Assembly (NCBI GenBank): GCA_019057385.1
Contig: JAHQJS010000006.1
Coordinates: 869,038 to 933,037, forward strand
Reading direction: 5' to 3'
Length of the DNA stretch: 64,000 nucleotides
Origin: Candidatus Borrarchaeum weybense
GTDB lineage: Archaea; Asgardarchaeota; Sifarchaeia; Borrarchaeales; Borrarchaeaceae
A model generated the notes under the pieces. That model did not search any database. It was not told the origin of the DNA and saw only the letters and a list, made by a program, of their open reading frames with translations. Position 1 is the stretch's first letter; each line of letters starts with the position of its first letter. The translations under genes were made by a program, and so were the position numbers. This document shows positions 57,912 to 64,000 of this stretch, in pieces.

Positions 57912-59303
57912 TTAGACCATTTTGCGGGGATCAAGTAGATCATCGATGTCTCCCTTAAGTTCAATTCCCATTTCTGAGATAACTTCTTTTATCGTTTTAT
58001 TTGATTTATAAGCAATTTGAACTATCTCAGAGGCTTTATCGTATCCTATCTGCGGAATCAGATTTGTTACAATCATTAGGATTCTTTCTAAGTGTGTTTT
58101 TATTTGTGCCGTGTTCGCTTGCAACTCTTCCAAACAGTTTATCACAAAAGAGTTAAGAGTTCCAGCAAGAATTAAAACTGATTCAAGGAGATTCACTATC
58201 ATCAGAGGTTTGGTAACGTTTAAATCAAGAATACTACCGTATCCTTCCGCATAAGAAATGGCGGTATCGTTTCCGATGACTTGTAAACAGACTTGTATTA
58301 ACGCTTCAGATTGAGTTGGATTGATTTTACCAGGCATTATTGAGGAACCAGGTTCGTTAGCAGGGAGTATTAATTCGTTTAATCCCGCTCGGGGGCCACT
58401 TCCCATCCAACGAATATCATTCGCCATTTTTAAGCATGAAAGGGCTAAAAGTCGTAGCACACCACTCGTTTTCACAATTGCGCTATGTGAAGCAATCCCT
58501 TCAGCCTTTACTGGATTAGTTCGAAAAGGAAATCCAGAAATGGCTTTTAAATGAGATGCAGTTAATTTTCCAAAATCCTTATGGGTTCCAATTCCTGTGC
58601 CTAGTGCAGTACCTCCAATCGGAATAGAATACAGTTCTTCGCAAGCATCATTTAATCGCATCTGATTGACATTAAGCTGCCGTAAATAAACGCTGAATTC
58701 AGTCGATAACGGGATGGGGACAGCATCTTGAAGATGCGTGCGTCCTACTTTGACAATACCATCGACCCCCTCAATTTTCCGTTTTAGACTTTTTCTTAGG
58801 TTATCTATTGCAGGAAATAATTTTGCATGAAATAATTCCAAAGTAGAAAGGTGCATACTCGTTGGAACTACATCATTAGAAGATTGACCTTTGTTTACGT
58901 GATCATTCGGGTGAACTGGAAACTTTTTTCCCAGTTCATGCCCTAGAATTTCATTTGCTCTGTTCGCTAGGACTTCGTTTGCATTCATGTTAATTTGAGT
59001 TCCGGAGCCCGTTTGGTAGACATCAAGTGGAAAATGATCCAAATGTTTTTCTTCAACAAGAATCTCATTAATCGCTTGAAGAAGTGCGTCACCTTTTTCT
59101 TTGTCAATTTCGCCCAATTCAAGATTTGCTCGTAGGCAGGCTTTTTTTACCTTTACTAGAGCTAAAATAAAAGATTTTGGAAAAGTCTTTCCACTTATTT
59201 GAAAGTTCTGGATCGCTCTTTGAGTGTTAACTCCCCAGTATGCATTTATAGGGACTTCTACCTCTCCTAAAACGTCACGTTCAGTTCTTGTTTCACCCTT
59301 CAT
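57912..59303 (-). CDS. fumC: Class II fumarate hydratase
   Basis: QTGSGTQ.NMNANE, HPNDHVN.GQSSND, GRTHLQDA, GSSIMPGKINP. Confidence 0.92.
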   Translation of the reverse strand: MKGETRTERDVLGEVEVPINAYWGVNTQRAIQNFQISGKTFPKSFILALVKVKKACLRANLELGEIDKEKGDALLQAINEILVEEKHLDHFPLDVYQTGSGTQINMNANEVLANRANEILGHELGKKFPVHPNDHVNKGQSSNDVVPTSMHLSTLELFHAKLFPAIDNLRKSLKRKIEGVDGIVKVGRTHLQDAVPIPLSTEFSVYLRQLNVNQMRLNDACEELYSIPIGGTALGTGIGTHKDFGKLTASHLKAISGFPFRTNPVKAEGIASHSAIVKTSGVLRLLALSCLKMANDIRWMGSGPRAGLNELILPANEPGSSIMPGKINPTQSEALIQVCLQVIGNDTAISYAEGYGSILDLNVTKPLMIVNLLESVLILAGTLNSFVINCLEELQANTAQIKTHLERILMIVTNLIPQIGYDKASEIVQIAYKSNKTIKEVISEMGIELKGDIDDLLDPRKMV

Positions 59304-59318
59304 AATTATCCCGGCTAA

Positions 59319-60080
59319 CTACAGCATTTTTCGAATCCGTTGGATCGCGGTTCCTGGCTGTACGCCCTTTGGACAAACGACCGAGCAAGCAAATATCTTT
59401 TCACACGCAGGAACACCATCTTCTTTAGCTACTCGTTTAAGCATCTCATCACGATGTTCTTCTGATAAACGAGTATCTGCTATAAACCTATCAGCTTTCG
59501 CTAATTGTGCAGGCCCTAAATAGTTTTTATTTTGAGCCTCAACAGGACAAGTCCAACACAGACCACAGAGGATACAATACACAAGATGTTCAATTTCTTT
59601 TATTTCATTTGGGGCTTGTTGAGATTCTGGTTGTTCATCTTTCCAGCCACGTGTGAAATATGGTTGTATTTCTCGATAAAACTGCCAGAATCGTTCCATA
59701 TCTACAATTAGATCTCTGATAACTTTCATATTCGGCATAGGTTCAACTAGTATTTCAATTTCTGGATCCCAGTCTTCAGGTACATCTCCAAAGGTTAAGT
59801 CAGGGATTTGTTGATGAGTTTTAATTCCTTTGACTGTAGATACCTGGGTCTTACAAGCTAGAACTGGAAATTTATTTACGGTTACTCCACACGACCCACA
59901 GATAGCTCCTCTGCACGAATAACGAAAGGCAAAAGTAGAATCGAAACGATCTTGAATATAATACAGCGCTTCCAGAACAGTCATGCCTGGGGAAATGGGT
60001 ACTGAATATCGCTCATACCTTGGTTTAGCGTTTCTGTTCTCCTGTCGATAAACGATAAAAGTTCTTTCTTTTACCATCAA
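59319..60080 (-). CDS. sdhB: Succinate dehydrogenase/fumarate reductase Fe-S subunit
   Basis: [49 protein letters not shown]. Confidence 0.92.
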   Translation of the reverse strand: MMVKERTFIVYRQENRNAKPRYERYSVPISPGMTVLEALYYIQDRFDSTFAFRYSCRGAICGSCGVTVNKFPVLACKTQVSTVKGIKTHQQIPDLTFGDVPEDWDPEIEILVEPMPNMKVIRDLIVDMERFWQFYREIQPYFTRGWKDEQPESQQAPNEIKEIEHLVYCILCGLCWTCPVEAQNKNYLGPAQLAKADRFIADTRLSEEHRDEMLKRVAKEDGVPACEKIFACSVVCPKGVQPGTAIQRIRKML

Positions 60081-61801
60081 TACACACGCTCCTTAACTTC
60101 AAAAATGCCTAATTTGACAGGCTTAGTTTCCAATTTCAATCCACCATCAGCTGAACGATAAACAAGAGAGTGGCATAGGAACTCCTCGTCAGAGCGACGC
60201 GGAAAGTCAACCCGATAATGTCCTCCTCTGCTTTCACGCCTCCAAAGTGCACCATAAGTAGTTACTTCGGCAATATCAAGCATATTACGCAATTCTAATG
60301 TGTGTTGTAAACCATAATTGAACTTTCTATCAGTTGTTGAAACATGAACATTCAAGAAATCTTTTTGTAAATGTCTTATTGTGTTTAATGCTTTTGTCAA
60401 TCCTTCTTCGGTCCTAAAGACACCTACGAGCGTGTTCATAGTCGTTCCCATAGCGTCCTTAATTTCGATCGGTTTTTTCCCATCATTTTTCTCCCATTGG
60501 TCTAATAATTGCTCAGTTTTTTGCAATGTCAATTCTTCTGCCTTTTTTACATCTTTTGTGGAAAGTGTCCTTTGTATGCCTTTTTTTAAGAGTTGTTTCG
60601 AAACATATCTTCCAAACACCACCGTTTCCAGTAGTGAATTGCCTCCTAATCTGTTTGCTCCATGTACTGAGATACATGAGGCCTCTCCAATAGCATATAA
60701 TCCTGGCAATGGGGTTTCACCAAAGTCTCCCCCATACTTCGAGGCTATTCCTCCCATGCTATAGTGTTGACCAGGCTGGACGGGGATTGGTTCATCAATC
60801 GGGTCGATTCCGGCAAAGAACATCGAAATTTCCCTTATTCCAGGTAACCGTTCTTTAATTCTTTCAGCACCAAGATGTGTTAAATCGAGATGGACATATT
60901 CATTTTCAAATGCGCGTCCTTCGAGTTTTTCTGTGTCGATTGCTCTTGCTACAATGTCGCGAGGTGCTAACTCCATGGCTTTAGAAGCATATTTCTTCAT
61001 AAACCGTTCGCCTTCTGTATTAAATAAGAAACCGCCTTCTCCTCTCGCCCCTTCTGTGATTAAAATATTAGTTCCATAAAGCGTTGTTGGGTGGAATTGC
61101 ACGAACTCACAATCTTGCATTGGAACACCTGCCCGAAACGCGATTCCTAAACCATCGCCTGTATTTATAAGCGCATTAGTTGACTTATCATAAACTCGTC
61201 CATATCCACCAGTTGCAAGAATGACAGTCTCTAATTCGGACCTGAATATAACAAGTTCTCCCGAGTTTAGATCCAAAGCGATTAGCCCTGCAACACTTTC
61301 ACCAACAGTAATAAGATCGATGACGAAATACTCGTCGAAGAATTTCACACCTCGTCGAGTACCTTGCTCATAAAGAGTATGTAATAATGCATGACCAGTA
61401 CGATCTCCAGCATAACACGTTCTTGGAAATCCAGCGCCACCAAACGGTCTTTGTGCAATAAGACCTGATTCTAAACGCGAAAATGGCGTCCCCATACTTT
61501 CTAATTCAATTACTACTTTAGGAGCTTCCTCACAAAGTAACATAGCCGCATCTTGATCTGCAATGTAATCTGACCCATACACTGTGTCATAGGCATGCCG
61601 TTTCGGCGTGTCGTCTTTACCCGCCTCGGTATTTTTTAAAGCAGCGTTAATTCCTCCTTGAGCAGCACCAGAATGACTTCTCACTGGATAGACTTTGCTG
61701 ATAACTGCAACATTCCATCCTCCTTCCGAAAGTCCTAGCCCTACTCTCAGACCACTCAACCCTGCCCCCACAACTAACGCATCAAATTCTTCTATTCTCA
61801 A
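60077..61801 (-). CDS. sdhA: Succinate dehydrogenase/fumarate reductase flavoprotein (start likely TTG 61801)
   Basis: [56 protein letters not shown]. Confidence 0.93.
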   Translation of the reverse strand: MRIEEFDALVVGAGLSGLRVGLGLSEGGWNVAVISKVYPVRSHSGAAQGGINAALKNTEAGKDDTPKRHAYDTVYGSDYIADQDAAMLLCEEAPKVVIELESMGTPFSRLESGLIAQRPFGGAGFPRTCYAGDRTGHALLHTLYEQGTRRGVKFFDEYFVIDLITVGESVAGLIALDLNSGELVIFRSELETVILATGGYGRVYDKSTNALINTGDGLGIAFRAGVPMQDCEFVQFHPTTLYGTNILITEGARGEGGFLFNTEGERFMKKYASKAMELAPRDIVARAIDTEKLEGRAFENEYVHLDLTHLGAERIKERLPGIREISMFFAGIDPIDEPIPVQPGQHYSMGGIASKYGGDFGETPLPGLYAIGEASCISVHGANRLGGNSLLETVVFGRYVSKQLLKKGIQRTLSTKDVKKAEELTLQKTEQLLDQWEKNDGKKPIEIKDAMGTTMNTLVGVFRTEEGLTKALNTIRHLQKDFLNVHVSTTDRKFNYGLQHTLELRNMLDIAEVTTYGALWRRESRGGHYRVDFPRRSDEEFLCHSLVYRSADGGLKLETKPVKLGIFEVKERVY

Positions 61802-61871
61802 TAAATAACCCCCTAAATGAAAATCTTTTAGGTTTATAGTCAAAGATCGATTCTTATGGCAATTTAATATG

Positions 61872-62366
61872 TTAAATTTCTTCAGGATATGCAATCTTTC
61901 CAAGGATTTTATCAAAATTGAAATACAGTACATTAGCTTCTGGCAAATGTTCTTTAAAGAATGATAAATCGTCTCTTGAAATAGCTAAAAACATGAACAC
62001 GGATTTTGTATGTTCTTTAATCTGCTGATTCATTCTTGTTAAAGCCACAGAAACAGTCTGTCTCACTTCGTCAGATGGAATAGAAAAATCATCAACACAA
62101 TAAATTAGGTTATTTTCCATTGCTTCTATTTCTGCATTAATCGTCTCAAGAAGTGTTCTTGCTTTTTCGTGACGAAATATGATTTCTTCATACACCATAT
62201 TTGGATATAATTTTGACAATATTTTCTTATAGAACCCCTCAAGATTGTTTTTTAGCCAGTGGGTTCTACCAGATCCATACGCACCACACAATAAATATGT
62301 GCGAGACATACCCTTCTCAAGAGCGTTTAAAAATTCCATTTCAAATTCATGAATTTGATATTCCAT
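61872..62366 (-). CDS. Small P-loop NTPase-like protein
   Basis: [12 protein letters not shown] (Walker A variant), IYCVDDF (Walker B-like). Confidence 0.6.
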   Translation of the reverse strand: MEYQIHEFEMEFLNALEKGMSRTYLLCGAYGSGRTHWLKNNLEGFYKKILSKLYPNMVYEEIIFRHEKARTLLETINAEIEAMENNLIYCVDDFSIPSDEVRQTVSVALTRMNQQIKEHTKSVFMFLAISRDDLSFFKEHLPEANVLYFNFDKILGKIAYPEEI

Positions 62367-62496
62367 TAGACTCCCTCACAAAAATCAGTAAACTATATTT
62401 ATCTAGGTTTCAGTTTAAAACATTTTTTGTATAGGAAAATCAGCAAAGAACCCATATTGTTGAAAGGATGAATTTAAGGCCTAATGAAGGAATAAA

Positions 62497-63243
62497 CTAA
62501 CTTTTCTTGTCCCCATTAACTGTCAATAAATCATTACGGGTGATATTTCCGTTATGAAGAGCTGTAGCAATTAAGACTCCTGCAAACCCATTTTCTTCCA
62601 AGAAATGAATATCGTCGATGTAACGGATTCCTCCACCCGTGATAACAGAAATATCTACATTATCAACGATTTCTTTTGCAATAGTAATGTTTGGTCCTCT
62701 CTCACTTCCCACTTTAGAAAGATCTAAGACAATACACTCTTGTATGCCCAACTCTAAGCCATATTCTGCAATTGATCTTGGATTTAACTGTATAATTTCT
62801 TTTGAACTAGCTAGAATTTTGTTATCCATTGTATCGATGCTCAAAATGAGTTTGCTTCCGTTAACTTGGTCTACTATTATTTCTAATTCGCTAAGTCCAG
62901 ACAGCGTCTCAGTCGCAATAATAATATGGTCAATATTTGTAGATATAACATTCAAGATATCATCCATTGAACGTATACCACAGTCAAGCATAAGATTAAG
63001 GAGCGTATTTTGCTTTATCTTGAGAATTTCTTTAAGATTTGAGTAATCGTGATGTGAAATAGCATCAAGATCAGCAATATACAGCTCTTTTAATTGAAGT
63101 TTATCTTCAAACGCGTAAGCTACAGTTAAAGGGTCTGCGGAATGACATAAAACGCTCTTAATTGGCTTATACTTTTTCCGTTCACCCATTTGTCCATGAA
63201 CCACGATACCCTTCATCAAATCAATTACTGGAATTATACGCAT
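62497..63243 (-). CDS. HisA/HisF-related TIM-barrel protein (methanofuran/H4MPT-cluster type)
   Basis: MRIIPVIDLM.G.VVHG..GER..YKPI.S, LYIADLDAI, IVLDLSKVGS..GP, GGGIR, IATALHNG. Confidence 0.85.
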   Translation of the reverse strand: MRIIPVIDLMKGIVVHGQMGERKKYKPIKSVLCHSADPLTVAYAFEDKLQLKELYIADLDAISHHDYSNLKEILKIKQNTLLNLMLDCGIRSMDDILNVISTNIDHIIIATETLSGLSELEIIVDQVNGSKLILSIDTMDNKILASSKEIIQLNPRSIAEYGLELGIQECIVLDLSKVGSERGPNITIAKEIVDNVDISVITGGGIRYIDDIHFLEENGFAGVLIATALHNGNITRNDLLTVNGDKKS

Positions 63244-63428
63244 TTCGTTCCCTCTAAACGAGAAATCTGATTAATTGATTAAATTTGAAGCAAACTCTAA
63301 TCTAAATACTTATGGATTGCTTAGCTAAAATCTTGTTTGATTTTTATTGACAAAAAATTTTAAATAAGTGCGTTACGTTACTCACCCAGATAAGCAGTCT
63401 CGATGAAAAAGTTGTCAGAGGGATAGTT

Positions 63429-63599
63429 TTGGAGATCGAACACAAAATAGAGGATTGTAGTCTAGAGGAGTTAGATGAAAAAATAGACGAAAAGATCAAA
63501 GAAGAGATTAAAGGGTTTATTTTTAATGGCAAGATTGAGATCAAAAAAGGAAATGATAGTTACATTGTAATTATTGGTTATGATCCAGTTGAGAAATAA
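63429..63599 (+). CDS. Small acidic hypothetical protein (open frame extends upstream to about 63351; start uncertain)
   Basis: Stop-free, Glu/Lys/Ile-rich frame ending ...IIGYDPVEK*. Confidence 0.4.
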   Translation: MEIEHKIEDCSLEELDEKIDEKIKEEIKGFIFNGKIEIKKGNDSYIVIIGYDPVEK

Positions 63600-63750
63600 A
63601 TTAATTGAAAACCTATTTTTTTAGAGTATTAGACAACTATATTTAACATATCTTCTAGTATTAACAAAATCATCGAAGTTGTCATCACGAGCACAATTTC
63701 AGTGATATTTTTTGTATATTAGTTTTTAGTATTGTGAAGAAGGTGACTTT

Positions 63751-64000
63751 ACGAACATTCTAGTTGTTGAATACATCTCATCAGGCGGTTTTGTTGACAC
63801 AGATATACCTAGCATACTTTTTCCAGAAGGATTCGGGATGCTTAATTCTGTAACTCGCGATCTTAAGCATTGTGGGCATAATGTGATTATTCCATTGGAT
63901 TTCAGAATAGATAACTATCGGTCGTTTCTCAATGTAGATGAGGTCAAAATAGTTACCCAAGAAAGGTCGCTCCATTATACACTGGAGACATTAGATCCTG
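63751..64000 (+). CDS. ATP-grasp protein N-terminus, MfnD (tyramine-glutamate ligase)-like; runs off the window
   Basis: xNILVVEYISSGGF...LFPEGFGMLNSVTRDL..CGH.V...LDFR. Confidence 0.7.

Noticed and set aside
61802-61933. N-terminal extension of SdhA in the ORF track
   Set aside because: It overlaps the neighbouring gene; an RBS plus TTG at 61801 fits the family N-terminus.
1-64000. CRISPR array, rRNA, integrase/prophage, and the many short antisense ORFs in the ORF track
   Set aside because: No regularly spaced repeats, rRNA or phage genes were seen. The short overlapping ORFs are shadows of longer genes with clear motifs.

Overview
Archaeal chromosomal window. Evidence: a C1-G72 tRNA-Tyr with bulge-helix-bulge (BHB) introns, BRE/TATA promoters, methanofuran-pathway genes, MvhD and FdhB. 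An Asgard- or Bathyarchaeia-like anaerobe is only an inference. Most of the window is transporters (three MacB/FtsX-type ABC pairs, three tandem MFS, two ABC-2 systems, two ECF S components), cofactor genes and redox operons. The main signal is a set of IS200/IS605-superfamily RNA-guided (OMEGA) elements, none with a TnpA in the window: (1) a tnpB element (79-1788) inserted after TTAC inside an MBL-hydrolase gene; (2) a 312-bp protein-less relative (3202-3513) that keeps both ends and the omegaRNA region and sits inside the anticodon intron of tRNA-Tyr with the BHB splice helix intact, so a guide-RNA cassette is hosted in a tRNA intron; (3) a protein-less IscB/HEARO omegaRNA element (3719-4079) inserted between an RBS and an ATG and supplying its own RBS; (4) an intact iscB plus omegaRNA element (about 34217-35756); (5) a 42-bp minimal element and a decayed end near 50.8-51.0 kb. 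A second highlight is an operon of mvhD, fdhA, fdhB, nuoC/mbxK and a fused NuoI-B-D (Mbx/MBS-like) gene, with no membrane subunits in the window.
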